Shown here: one piece after another, positions 24,721 through 38,526 of the stretch
Position numbering within the stretch: position 1 is the first letter of the stretch
Layout of the letters: each line of letters starts with the position of its first letter
Assembly (NCBI RefSeq): GCF_001194135.2
Contig: NC_069001.1
Location: 39,378,336 to 39,442,335 of the forward strand
Origin: Octopus bimaculoides
Taxonomy: Eukaryota
Direction of reading: 5' to 3'
Length of the DNA stretch: 64,000 nt
The notes under the pieces: generated by a model
Told to the model about the DNA's origin: nothing
Seen by the model: only the letters and a program-made list of their open reading frames with translations
Databases searched by the model: none
Made by a program: the position numbers and the translations under genes

Positions 24721-26120
24721 ACCGTCAACTTCTAGTTTTACATAAGACATTAACCATTTCGGCCTCACCCAACTCGGAATATCTGTGTAATCCACGCACA
24801 CATGTTTTCCAGAACAAACCATTTAAGAATATGCCACGTCTCTGAGATAATACAAGAAGTGATTTAAAATATTTCAATGGAATCATCAGGAAACTCGTTT
24901 ATCATTTCTATGTCCATTGTTGAGTTTTTCTTACTTGTCATGTCCAAAGAATTGTGGTGAAGTGATTGGCGTACAAGCGAAGAAGATGCAGCTTTCTTAG
25001 ATTCTTATGTAACCGAGTACAAAAAGACGAAAATAAAAATTTAAGAAATTCATTCGTGTTTGATCGGTCCTTTATTTAGTGACCTCGAAGCGGTCCTCCG
25101 TGGGATTGGAACCTAGAACGTGGTGGACAAATATCACACGGTATTAACTATTCCATTTTGTCGTCTTATTCTTCATAATTATTTTTATAGTCTGATGGGG
25201 AACAATCAACATAATTAGTTTCACTGAGATAATTAATTCTAATATTCTTGAATCGGTTTCGGTTTGACCTGACTCTGGTAATTCTTACATCCAGATTTAT
25301 TTCATTAGAATCGGTTTGAAGACAGATTACCTTAAATCTGGCGTAGGTTAAGGAAAGCGAAACTCTGCTTTCGAATAAACAAATAAATAAATAAGGAATA
25401 CAAATAAATATATAAACAAATAAATAAACAAGGCATTAAGTTTAAAGCTGATCCCAGTTAAAGTATATTAATGCCGAAGAAATACGGTAAATGATGGTGG
25501 GCAATCAGTCATTCGATCATTCCAAGAACAAGTATAAATATAACGAAAAAATACAATAAAACGTTCTCTGAAATATCATCGTTGTTGTTGCTTTTCCACT
25601 TCTGTCATATGTTCTGGTTATCGACACATATTCTTTGCTCCATAAACGGAATCCCATTAACGATGTTCGTGTTGCTCTGTGAATTATTCAAGGTGTAACT
25701 CTGTCTTCACTCTCGACAAAACGCTGCATCTGAGGTTTCTAGAAGTTTCCTAATTCTACATGTACATGTTTAAATCTCTTTTACAACTACAGCAGGCTGC
25801 TGCTGCTGCTACCTTCTAAAAAGAGAATATTATTTGCTCACTTTCCGTTTTCACTTGCTTCGCTCGTGTCTCCTCTACCATTTAAATATTTGATATAAAA
25901 AAGCTGTTACATATCTCAAAACATGAAAAATACAGATGTTCTAGTGTCTATAAATGTAAAAAGAATTCCTCCTCATACATCTGGTTCTAAACATTATACT
26001 ATCTACCAAAAATGGGTTCTAATCAGTTGAACATCGTCATCAATTTTCAAAATGATTATCTTTTGTAAAAATAATTTTAAAATGTAATTTTAGTATCATA
26101 AATTAATATTTTATGCTTAC

Positions 26121-26300
26121 ATTCACCACGTTTTCTTCCAGCAGATGTTGTGTTGTGGCACGAATGCTAATGGCGTATTTTGTATGTTGAAGAATATTTA
26201 ATATTTTAGCAAACATTTTAAGAGTAAATGAATTATGTTTGTAACCCGTAAAGAATTCTACCGCAACCAAATTTGTGTCTACAGATTCTTGTCCAATCAT
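26121..26300 (-). CDS. Candidate first coding exon, 60 aa, unknown product
   Basis: Acceptor CATTTCCCTAG| (exon start 26314), ATG at 26300, 60 open codons (MIGQESVDTNL...LLEENVVN), phase-0 donor AAT|GTAAGC at 26120. No downstream partner exon was identified. Confidence 0.25.
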
Positions 26301-28229
26301 TGCCCTTCAGCAACCTAGGGAAATGCTTTCACCGGAATTTCTCAAAGACACTGTAGTAAATGTTTCACTGACTTCATGTTTACCATTTTCACATCTTCCA
26401 ATCTCATAGAACGAAGAGATATGGAGTTTACAGGAACGATATCTTGAATGTGCATAGTCTCTGTCTGTCTCTCTTTCTCTCTCTCCTCACACACAAAAAT
26501 ACATACATTCACTATGTATCACTATGCAGAATCATTGCATGCACGTGTATGTACATCTGTATCGAATCCTTTATATTTTATGGAGATATGGAGAGAGAGA
26601 GATATAGATATGAAAGAGAGAGAGAGAGTGAGAGAGGCTTCTGCCACATTTCTTTCTACTACATTGCACTTACAGGATATTGGTCAAACCGAAACTACGC
26701 TTGAGGTCACTTTGGCCTAAGTGCAATGCAATAAAATCGAACATAGCAGTTCGTTTAGTTTTTTTAACACGCAAACTGTTAACCCTTGGGCCATTCCTGC
26801 TTTTCTGTCTACATAGATTGGCTGTGAAGTGGAAGTCAGTGAGATGTAACAACACATTCCCTTGCTACAATCAGCACCAGCAGAAGAAAAATTGTGAGAC
26901 GATATCAATCAAGTTACACATTAATATTCATAACAGCATTCCTGGATTCTATGGAGATTTGTCATAGACAATTTAATAACGTTGGTTATAGCAATATATC
27001 TTAACTGCTAATGGAGATCTCCCTTTTATAGCTGTGGAAAAATTTGTTTCTTATTCTATTATGCAGGAGATATAAAGTTCACAATTGTAAGAATGGCTTC
27101 CTTTTGGATCAGTCAACCATCATCCGATATCTATAAAAATATGTGAAGATACATTTAAAAGTACCTTTTTACCATCGCGCATATATATATATATANNNNN
27201 NNNNNNNNNNNNNNNNNNNNNNNNNNNNNNNNNNNNNNNNNNNNNNNNNNNNNNNNNNNNNNNNNNNNNNNNNNNNNNNNNNNNNNNNNNNNNNNNNNNN
27301 NNNNNNNNNNNNNNNNNNNNNNNNNNNNNNNNNNNNNNNNNNNNNNNNNNNNNNNNNNNNNNNNNNNNNNNNNNNNNNNNNNNNNNNNNNNNNNNNNNNN
27401 NNNNNNNNNNNNNNNNNNNNNNNNNNNNNNNNNNNNNNNNNNNNNNNNNNNNNNNNNNNNNNNNNNNNNNNNNNNNNNNNNNNNNNNNNNNNNNNNNNNN
27501 NNNNNNNNNNNNNNNNNNNNNNNNNNNNNNNNNNNNNNNNNNNNNNNNNNNNNNNNNNNNNNNNNNNNNNNNNNNNNNNNNNNNNNNNNNNNNNNNNNNN
27601 NNNNNNNNNNNNNNNNNNNNNNNNNNNNNNNNNNNNNNNNNNNNNNNNNNNNNNNNNNNNNNNNNNNNNNNNNNNNNNNNNNNNNNNNNNNNNNNNNNNN
27701 NNNNNNNNNNNNNNNNNNNNNNNNNNNNNNNNNNNNNNNNNNNNNNNNNNNNNNNNNNNNNNNNNNNNNNNNNNNNNNNNNNNNNNNNNNNNNNNNNNNN
27801 NNNNNNNNNNNNNNNNNNNNNNNNNNNNNNNNNNNNNNNNNNNNNNNNNNNNNNNNNNNNNNNNNNNNNNNNNNNNNNNNNNNNNNNNNNNNNNNNNNNN
27901 NNNNNNNNNNNNNNNNNTATATATATACAGATCACACTAAAAATTAGGATATTACACTTATAGAGAAGATCATTTGACAGCTAAATATTGTCTATAAAAA
28001 TGAAATCAGTTATGCACATTATATACATATGCATATAATGTGTGTATGTGTGTGTGTGTGTGTATACATGTGTAGTTGTGTCTGCGTGTTTGTATGTGTT
28101 TGTATGTGTCTGTTGTTGGATTAAAACTGAGTATATATCAATATGAGCGCCATGGAGAACATCAACGGAATGGTTCTGTACATTACTATAGAAGAGTGAA
28201 TTGCTGTAGCCGATATGTATGTATGTATG

Positions 28230-28260
<31 letters not shown>

Positions 28261-28832
28261 ATAAGGAAAAGCCAACTTTATGGAGGAATATGACTTAGGG
28301 ATGAGGACTGAACCTCTTGACNNNNNNNNNNATATATATATATGTATATCGTAACATGGGGAGTGGGTAAACTTTTATAGAGAAACTTTAAAATACTGCC
28401 CCACAATGAACCCCAAGTTCCTCTCGAAGGAAATTAGAGCCAGGGACAGCGATGAGGTGATGGACATTACTGCGTTAGTGAATCCTAAAGAAATGCGATG
28501 ATTCGAAGAAATCCAAAAAGTAATGTATTTTCTCGTCTAATTAGAATTCAAAAGTGGACCCTAATGCTCTGGTGCTAGCCAAACAAAATGGAATATGACA
28601 GCGGAGCTGTAACTTTTAGCAATGTTATTCGCAGAAAGATCTCTCAAAAGAAAAAAAAAAAAAGAATAATGGTAGAATATTCCAATGAAAATGGCAATCC
28701 AGTGCTATCATCCCAGATATGCTATGGCACAACGACAAATCTAATACATTGAGCTAGATATCGGCTGCCTAGATGGAATGAATATCACGTCTGAATTTGT
28801 GAAGAAGGAGAACATGATGAAAAACCAATATA

Positions 28833-28869
<37 letters not shown>

Positions 28870-29857
28870 ATCTTAACTGTATGGTTTGTGCTCTGGGCTA
28901 TGGAACAGTCAGGAACTGGTAAGATTTGCAAAGAAACGACAAATCCAATCAATTAATGAAACAATGGAAATTTGTCAAATACCCGCAGACGTTCCCGGTT
29001 AGAGTTTCCTGGAACGACGGTCATATACACACACACAGTCACATGTGCATACGGCATACACATACAGTAATGAAACACATACACTAATGCAGAAATGAGA
29101 TATTTATTTATACCCATAACATTCGTACGTGTTTATCTCCATAAATAGCTCCATATACAGTATACGCACCCTACCTTACTCCGAGGAGCTGCTTTCACAC
29201 TTTGCTCTGATCGGGTTTTATTCTGCAAAATGCATAAACATTTCTCAAAGAAAATCACACAAACAGATAAATATTTCGAATATCTGGTTTAAATTCTCCG
29301 TGAGGATTTCTGGTTATGATTCCAGTTTCCCCTGCGTCTGCTAATGCCTGCTGGAAAGGCATAAACATCACAAACTATCTTTGCTTTTATCTTCACCTCA
29401 CAACAGCAGTGAGAAACGTTAATAGTTGCCAACACTGAAGCCGAGAGTCCATTATATCTGAAAATTAAAACTTTAAGTTTCCATATTTTTCATCTCCACT
29501 TCAAGTAAATAAATATTTAATTATTTTCTTTCATAAGAATAAAAAAGATGAAAGGTGAAGCGAATACCAGAACGATGATATTTATCTACGCGCTCTCGTT
29601 GGTGTTTAAAATGTACATATACTCAAGTGTGTATAGGTGTGTATAAATACATGTAATTACTGGGTGAAACTGTGTTCTATATAGTATAAAGAGAGATATT
29701 CGATTTACTTGTGAAGTGTTGTTGGCATCAAAAATGATATGAAAGGTATTTCTATGCCACTGTTGACTAACATCGCCATTCACTTCATAAATATTGCTCC
29801 AATATAACCTTTTTTAACTTGACTCAAATAAGATATTATCTCAGGAATGCAATTCAT

Positions 29858-29890
<33 letters not shown>

Positions 29891-30758
29891 GCACACGTAA
29901 CGGTATGCTATAAGATGTAGGAACACATACACGCAAACTTGTGTGTGTGTATGACACATGCGTATATATTTATATATATATGCATGTATATATATGTGTG
30001 TGTGTGTCTGCGTATCCGTATGCATGTATGTATAAATATTTTCGTGTGTATGTATAAATATTGCGTATGAATGTATATACATACACGGATAGAACACTCG
30101 GTTGTAAGACGAATACTTATGCCACACGCTATTTCACAATTAGCCATAGTAAAGTATTTATTACCCTAAATGCTCAACAAACAGTGATATATTGAGTCTG
30201 AGACACGAATATTTGGGTGGTTGAATAAACTAGAAGACGTAAACCATATTACATCAATAGGAAGGAAATCGATGGAATCTAACCATGTAGCACATAACTG
30301 AGGAGGTGTTCTTCTTTGAAGAACTGCTGTGCAGCTTTCTGCAGAGTTTCTTACCACCCATGTAGTGTATATATATACTGCTTTGTGATGGTAATATCAA
30401 CAAAAAAAGTACTCCTTCTGGTGAGAGATAAATACTATTTAATAAACGCAATACATGTTTTGATGTGCTACTATTAGTTTTATGTACTGAGAACATGCCA
30501 AACAATGTTATATAATCACGTCTGACATCTCAGTATAGTCATCAGGCACAACTTCATATGGTCACATTGTATACATATGTGGTCCCCAAACCACATATGA
30601 TAAAGTGGAAAATGATCTAAAAATCTACACCATTTATTAGCGGACCAAAAGGATGATAGCTATGCTTAGCTGAAAGAGCTGGAATCTTTTTCAGATCTAA
30701 GATTTCTATCTCACTGCTGAACTCTACATCTGAAATTTTCAACGATTGTAAGCATATC

Positions 30759-30844
30759 CCATAACGATATCCATGGGGCAGCTGATGATGGAGGTATGCT
30801 GGATTGTTGGTATGGTTGTGGAATAATATTATAACACAGCCTTT

Positions 30845-30887
<43 letters not shown>

Positions 30888-31125
30888 NNNNNNNNNNNNN
30901 NNNNNNNNNNNNNNNNNNNNNNNNNNNNNNNNNNNNNNNNNNNNNNNNNNNNNNNNNNNNNNNNNNNNNNNNNNNNNNNNNNNNNNNNNNNNNNNNNNNN
31001 NNNNNNNNNNNNNNNNNNNNNNNNNNNNNNNNNNNNNNNNNNNNNNNNNNNNNNNTACTATTCCACAGCCATACCAACAATCCAAGATACCTTCATCATC
31101 AGCTGCCCCATGGATATCGATATGG
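30759..31125. repeat. Inverted repeat (foldback), ~70-bp arms enclosing (TA)n and an N gap
   Basis: 30765-30828 versus the reverse complement of 31056-31119 matches at 59/64; the arms extend outward to 30759 and 31125. Confidence 0.9.
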
Positions 31126-31203
31126 TTTCGACACCTGGCCAGTACCATTCAATCGGCGGTGTCAACAGTACTATATATACATACATGTGCATACATATAT
31201 TCA

Positions 31204-31241
<38 letters not shown>

Positions 31242-31698
31242 CACCCACACGTACAAATATATAGGTATGCAAGTTTGTGTTTGCCGGTGTCTGTGTGTCT
31301 TCACTCCTCTCAGCGCCTCTCACAGCTGGTGAGAGATGAAAGTGAATCGTTGATACCCACTCCGACGTGACATAAAATAAGTTGTCGTCCATTCAATGAA
31401 GAATGGCCAAATGGAAGCGATTCCTTCCATCTGGGATTAGTAGATTGGTGAATAGAAAAGAAATATCCAATATTGGAAATTCTAGATTTCAGCTGGAATT
31501 GGCGAAAAACATAAAAGTTATTGAAGGTCAAGAATTTTAATGATGGAAATATTTATGTCTGCCAGAACATTTGACATTTATACTGGAACATAGAAATGGC
31601 TTTTCAGTTTCACTCTTTTCTGTCTTCTTTTTAATCTTCAACATCATCCATTTCTTCTGCACATTTTACGTCGTCGCCTTCTCGCTCTTTATCCTCTC

Positions 31699-31857
31699 TC
31701 TTCTTCTTCTTCTTCTTCTTCTTCTTCTTCTTCTTCTTCTTCTTCTTCTTCTTCTTCTTTCTTCTTCTTTCTTCTTCTTCTTTCTTCTTCTTCTTTCTTC
31801 TTCTTCTTTCTTCTTCTTCTTCTTCTTCTTCTTCTTCTTTATTCTTTCTTCTTCTTT
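31699..31857. repeat. (TTC)n trinucleotide tract, ~160 bp
   Basis: Directly visible; explains the poly-L/S/F and poly-R/K/E ORFs. Confidence 0.97.
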
Positions 31858-31865
31858 AATATTAT

Positions 31866-31923
31866 GGTGGAGAGCTGGCAGAGTCGTTAACACATCGGAT
31901 TAAATACTTAACGGCACTTCGTC
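31866..31923 (+). mobile_element. SINE family A head running into a gap
   Basis: GGTGGAGAGCTGGCAGAGTCGTTAACAC...GGCACTTCGTC matches the family A head. Confidence 0.8.
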
Positions 31924-33507
31924 NNNNNNNNNNNNNNNNNNNNNNNNNNNNNNNNNNNNNNNNNNNNNNNNNNNNNNNNNNNNNNNNNNNNNNNNNNNNN
32001 NNNNNNNNNNNNNNNNNNNNNNNNNNNNNNNNNNNNNNNNNNNNNNNNNNNNNNNNNNNNNNNNNNNNNNNNNNNNNNNNNNNNNNNNNNNNNNNNNNNN
32101 NNNNNNNNNNNNNNNNNNNNNNNNNNNNNNNNNNNNNNNNNNNNNNNNNNNNNNNNNNNNNNNNNNNNNNNNNNNNNNNNNNNNNNNNNNNNNNNNNNNN
32201 NNNNNNNNNNNNNNNNNNNNNNNNNNNNNNNNNNNNNNNNNNNNNNNNNNNNNNNNNNNNNNNNNNNNNNNNNNNNNNNNNNNNNNNNNNNNNNNNNNNN
32301 NNNNNNNNNNNNNNNNNNNNNNNNNNNNNNNNNNNNNNNNNNNNNNNNNNNNNNNNNNNNNNNNNNNNNNNNNNNNNNNNNNNNNNNNNNNNNNNNNNNN
32401 NNNNNNNNNNNNNNNNNNNNNNNNNNNNNNNNNNNNACCCAGCACTGAAGTGGGGTAGACGATTGGAGGAAATAAGTTTAACTACACATATGTAAGAACG
32501 TGTGTGTGTGTGTATTTGTGGAGATGTATTTATGAATGTGTGTCTTCATGTGGACGTGCCTAAAGACAGCTTCGAATTCTGTATATTCAGACAAATAAAA
32601 TAATGATCGAATGCTTTATAGCTCCAATTCTCATTCATTGATGACCTCCTTGCAAACTGAAACTTTTAATTCATTTCAATTGATCTCTGACAGTCGATGT
32701 ATCAGATTCCCAATCTATCATCTGTATCGGTCCAGATCAATGATTCCGAAAATATTTAATAATATTTTCGTCCCAAGTCAGGAATATTGTTTCTGCTAAC
32801 TGAACTCTTCAAATTGATTCCAGTTAGAACTTTGGTTTNNNNNNNNNNNNNNNNNNNNNNNNNNNNNNNNNNNNNNNNNNNNNNNNNNNNNNNNNNNNNN
32901 NNNNNNNNNNNNNNNNNNNNNNNNNNNNNNNNNNNNNNNNNNNNNNNNNNNNNNNNNNNNNNNNNNNNNNNNNNNNNNNNNNNNNNNNNNNNNNNNNNNN
33001 NNNNNNNNNNNNNNNNNNNNNNNNNNNNNNNNNNNNNNNNNNNNNNNNNNNNNNNNNNNNNNNNNNNNNNNNNNNNNNNNNNNNNNNNNNNNNNNNNNNN
33101 NNNNNNNNNNNNNNNNNNNNNNNNNNNNNNNNNNNNNNNNNNNNNNNNNNNNNNNNNNNNNNNNNNNNNNNNNNNNNNNNNNNNNNNNNNNNNNNNNNNN
33201 NNNNNNNNNNNNNNNNNNNNNNNNNNNNNNNNNNNNNNNNNNNNNNNNNNNNNNNNNNNNNNNNNNNNNNNNNNNNNNNNNNNNNNNNNNNNNNNNNNNN
33301 NNNNNNNNNNNNNNNNNNNNNNNNNNNNNNNNNNNNNNNNNNNNNNNNNNNNNNNNNNNNNNNNNNNNNNNNNNNNNNNNNNNNNNNNNNNNNNNNNNNN
33401 NNNNNNNNNNNNNNNNNNNNNNNNNNNNNNNNNNNNNNNNNNNNNNNNNNNNNNNNNNNNNNNNNNNNNNNNNNNNNNNNNNNNNNNNNNNNNNNNNNNN
33501 NNNNNNN

Positions 33508-33570
<63 letters not shown>

Positions 33571-33956
33571 ACAATCTGACTATAAAATTAATGGTGTATG
33601 TTTAAGTAATGTTTACAACCGATGACGAATAAATGCAGTTTCATAAACATGGCTGACCAGAAACTCTTCAGTCTTCTCCTTCTACACCAACCGTTCCAAA
33701 TCGATTATCATTGCTGTACAACTCGACAAATCAATAATTCTCTACCAGGTTTTTTTTTCTAATATTTAAGAAAATAAACTCTTTGCCTGTTGATATTTTT
33801 ATAAGGGGAATATTCGTAATATTTTATTTACTCAAAAGTCTTGTGGTGTACCTAAATCTACATTTTGAAGGGATCCTTGCTTGCCTCTTTATTTAAGACA
33901 GTAAGGTGTAATTTAAGATTTGGCTACTCTCTCTGTATCAGACTATCTGCCTGTCT

Positions 33957-34037
33957 TTCTCTCCCTCCACCCAACCCTCTCTCTCTCCCTCCACCCAACC
34001 ATCTCTCTCTCCCCCCACCCAACCCTCTCTCTCTCTC
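33957..34037. repeat. 24-bp unit x3 (CCACCCAACC plus CT run)
   Basis: CCACCCAACC at 33967, 33991 and 34015. Confidence 0.9.
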
Positions 34038-34234
34038 TAAGAGCAGTATCTGCCAGGTAGTCAGCCTCTTATTCGCTCAGATTATTTAATAAATAGTAAT
34101 TGATGTCTAATTAGACTCAGAGTTGTCATCTATGAGCAGAACTATTTTCAAAGATATTCTAACCATGTTGACCCCCGTCGTTAAAATATGGATAAATTAA
34201 GTCTTATTTCGATCACATTCCATTAATACGTAGA

Positions 34235-34395
34235 CGGTGTGATTTGAAGGAGATTACGCTACTATTTCTATTAGGTGTAGCTACTATGTAGAGGCCTCCC
34301 GCGTTGGTTCATACATACACACGCCACTAGCGAATGATATAAGGGAAATTTGGTTGCTATTTCTAACAGGCTTAGCTATCATGTAGAGACCCACG
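34235..34395 (-). mobile_element. Two tandem family C fragments
   Basis: GTGTGATTTGAAGGAGATT..CTATTTCTA and GGGAAATTTGGTTGCTATTTCTAACAGG, each followed by ATGTAGAG. Confidence 0.65.
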
Positions 34396-36595
34396 TAATC
34401 CATTCACTAAATTCAATAAACTGTAATAAACATTATTTAGTTAGACAGGAGATAAAATAATTCTTATTCCTGACATGGGATAAAATGCATAAAATACATT
34501 CAACAACCTATATTCAATGATTCACTGCCTGAAACTGGCTCTACAATTTGGATGGACGAACGGACAGACAGACATTTTATTAGTTTGTCAGTTGCAATTA
34601 CATAACACTTTAATATCGATTTCCTCATCGATCGTATATAGTAAGACAGCAACAAACTTCAATATAATCCAAATACGTGCTCTGGATATGTATATGATTA
34701 GTGTCTCTACTGTGACCCGATCGCGACCACCATCATCATCATCAGTAACAGCAATGACGATGTCTCCTCCTCCTGATTGTTGTTGTAATCCTTGTCTAAT
34801 CCCCATAATGCCATCAGTAGAAATGATGATGATGATGATGAATGAAATTGAAGTTCTTATTAATTTAGGAAAAGTGTAATCATAAAAAAAAGTTCAATCT
34901 GTAAATTCAAATGTATTTAACGCTATCAGTTTGTGCCGGTCATCGCCGAGTGGGATTGAAACCGTAATCAAGCAGTTGTGAAGCTAGCTTCTTTAATACA
35001 GGGTCATAATTCCTAATTCGTAATATAAATGATTGCTATTCATGTGTCTTTTCTATTTGGTCATAAAGTGTTGGTCAGATACGGTTTTTGATATCCGAAA
35101 TATTACATCAGCCTCAAGTCCAACCTATATTCTACGAAGTCTCACTTCGACCAGTAGATATGGATTCACGCAAAAGTCAAAATCTTCATTAAATGCGCTT
35201 CATTACCATTTTCCCCAACTTATAATTGCGTTATGGCATTCCTCCAGAAAATCTGGCATCGATATGGAATAATTGTTAATATGAATCGAGATCCTCGCAG
35301 TCAGTAATTCTAGCGATTTTAGCATTCAAGGTATAGCGAGAAAATTTCATAAAAATTCGTAATAGGATGGCGGGATATCTTACAGAGTGACATAATTCAA
35401 CTTGGTTGAACAGAGAGGAATAATGCCAGTTAATGGCGAGCCAAGTTTCTGGTGTGAAAATCGTGCATTATTTTCACGCAAGATATGAAGCGAAACAAAA
35501 AGAAAAAAAAAAATCGAAATAACTCCGACTGTTGCCGTGTTTCTGTGATTCTATCGACAGTGTTTGTGCTTTGGCAAGCAAATCTAGTTAAGATGGAATA
35601 AAATTAACAAAGCTCTGTTCTGATTATATTCCGATAATTGTAAATCTGTTTTGTCTCTATTCTGATAGAACAGTCAATATTTCATATATTAATTAGTACA
35701 TTGTTTTAATTTACTTATTGCAAGTGATATAAGCGGCCACACGTGATCAACAAGGCAATATTCTTTAAAGCGAGTCAGCTTCTCAAATGCATTTCTTCAC
35801 ATTTAATCAGAAATTGTTCTGACGCAGATTCCACAACACTAAAAGATTTGAATTACAGGAAATACTGAAATGAACTTTTAATTAAATTAAGAAAGCCTAA
35901 ATAGAATTTGTAAACAATGATTACATCGTTGTCAATGGATACTTGAGAGACCTGCATTTTTCGTTTTCTCACCCTCTCTTTCCCTCGACTCCATTTCTCT
36001 CTCTCTCAACTCTCTCCCTTCTCCCTCTTGTGGTTTATTCCGTCAATTAGGGATGAGGCTTCTTAGACCGACAGATATCGCTACTACTCGAGCAAACATT
36101 GATACTGTAGACACTCTAAAGTGGGAGGCGAGTCAATAGCATAACTGACTGGATTGGATATCAATTAAATATGGAATTGATTAGCTATCACGTGTGCATA
36201 AAGTAGATTACAACATTATTCTTTGGTTCTGGTTCAGATCCAATAATAGCAATTGTATATACGAAAAAACGGAAACTTAAACCGACAGAAGATGTATAAC
36301 TTACAACTATCATACTCGAGTTAACATCGTTGCATACTATTTTATAGTAGCATAAATTTGCATATCATTAGCATAATCAATCTTCGAGGTGTTTTGATCG
36401 ACGATTCTGCTAGCTGGTCACTTTTCAACTGATATGATGCTTTTAATTACTGTTTGTGATTTACCTGTCTTAAACTCAGTTACTGGTCTTAAGTGGTGTT
36501 TTCTTATTAAACTGAGGAAATGTTAACTTTAGTTACTGTGTGCAATGACTGAAATTAGAAACATAGTGTTCTAGATGAAAATTGTAAGACACCCG

Positions 36596-36618
36596 TCTCT
36601 CTCTCTCTCTCTCTCTCT

Positions 36619-36654
<36 letters not shown>
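36596..36654. repeat. (CT)n microsatellite
   Basis: Directly visible. Confidence 0.95.
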
Positions 36655-36656
<2 letters not shown>

Positions 36657-38092
36657 AATATGGCCACCTCTCTTCAGGATAAAAAGAAAATACTTCAAAT
36701 GTAGAGAGATTCATATTTTCAAAGCCTTTTGTGATCATTCTGCTTTTTGTCCAAAGATGGTTGCACGTCTCGCTAATGAGAAAGGGAGACTAGATTTAAA
36801 TGTTATCAAATATATATTTCCTCCTGTGCGCCATATTGACTGTGAAAAACTGAAACGTGTAAACGTTACTTTGCGAAACAACCTCTTCATAGATCGATAC
36901 ATTATTACCATTTATGGATTTCATATCACAAAAGCTGAATATTAGTCTCGTTTCGGATCGGTTTTCTACGAACCAGTCACTGTTTTACAAAATTTATGAG
37001 AGGTGAGAGTAACAAGGAAGCTTTTGTGTTGCTTGTCACATAATAATTCAGATTATTTTTATTCCCCTACATACGTATGTAACTTAGCGTTTCGATGCTG
37101 CTTCATATTATATTAATATTTCATCTCTTTTCTTATCGATAGGGTTTTGTTTACTTTCTCCAAATCTCAATTAATATTTTATGTGCACGGCACTTAACAC
37201 ACCATTTACTGACTTAACAAACATCCCAAGGGATTTCGTTCATAATGAGTCGGTTGTTTCAATATTCTCGCCAGTATAATACATTCTTCACGAACATACA
37301 TCGGTGAAAGACACGAGCATGTGTACACAATATATATCAGTGCGCGCGCGACGCATGCATGTGTGCACAAGAAGATGAGCTCGAGCAAATGATTGAAATA
37401 GGCCAATGGTATGAATTTAAATCAGGTGGCTGGTGATGTGCTGAATGATGTATTCAAAACCGAATCCTAGTGAATTGAGGGCCTTCCCCTCGCCTTAGTT
37501 GGGGAAACACAACAAAAACTTAGAAAACAGAATTCTATAATTCTGAACAAAAAAAACAAACATTAATATATATATATATACAATAGTTACTGAATGGAGA
37601 AGATCCAGGCTACGTATATTTCATAGCATGCGGAACCTCAGATTAAATTTAATCATAGATATCCTTGGCCTGAAGAGTATCCGGCAGTATACGCCTCACT
37701 TGGATATTTACCACTTCCGAGGTTCCACTTGTTATGAAACATATGCTGCCCGGATCTTATCTGCTCCATTCCTTAACTTTTATATTCTTATTCGCATACC
37801 CAGCAACCCTGGTTGCCTACCGTGAAATATAAAAAGAATTTTTTTCAGTTTATCGTACTTTGATACGAAACAAATCCACACCCTTCCCCTCTCAATAAAC
37901 CACTATTGTTCCTCAAAGTTGTTTTTTTTTTATATATTTACTACAGATTGTTTGACTCTAAATTTCTTCTTACTTTTCGATCCCTGGATCTTACATGTGT
38001 GTGTGTGTATGTATATAGGATGGGTTCCACGTACCAAATCCCGTAGACAAAGAACTGACAAACCCGATAGTGCAGCAGCAGCAGACACTTAC

Positions 38093-38235
38093 CCAAGGGG
38101 CCGCTCAATGGAATCGCATCTTCAACTACATTGTTGCAATGTGCTTTTCTTCTCCGCACAGCATTTCCTATACCTATTCCATTATTGATATTAATATTGC
38201 AGTCGAATGTTTTCAAAATGAAATTTATTGTTAAC
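38093..38235 (-). CDS. Candidate internal exon, unknown product
   Basis: Acceptor TTTTCGTGTTAAAG|, open frame LTINFILKTFDCNININNGIGIGNAVRRRKAHCNNVVEDAIPLSGPL, consensus donor TGG|GTAAGT at 38092. Confidence 0.3.
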
Positions 38236-38526
38236 CTTTAACACGAAAAAATAATTGAATTTGTTAGGTTTTGAGAAATTGCAAGCTTGGTGCTAAACAA
38301 AATGGGTGAATGTGTTATATTTTGTTCTCGATTTCTTTAAACAGACGATTAGATGTCGTTTGTGAGATAAATGTCAGACAAGAGATGCGAGATTCTGCAA
38401 GTTTTTTGCTATTTTTATTGCTGTAGTATTTAATCTAAAATAGATGCGTCTTTACTTTAAATTTAAGCAAGACGGACAAAAATAAATAAATTACCGGATT
38501 AACTTAATTCGTTAATTAGACTTGTT

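Noticed and set aside
31317-31335. CTCTCAC-AGCTG-GTGAGAG hairpin containing an 11-nt miR-317-like word
   Set aside because: The 5' seed differs and a 7-bp stem is too short for a pre-miRNA.
32615-32800. Possible RT fragment (FIDDLL)
   Set aside because: A single short motif; the expected (Y/F)ADD is not recoverable.
37305-37325. miR-71-like start TGAAAGACA
   Set aside because: Only 9 nt match and there is no precursor-length hairpin.
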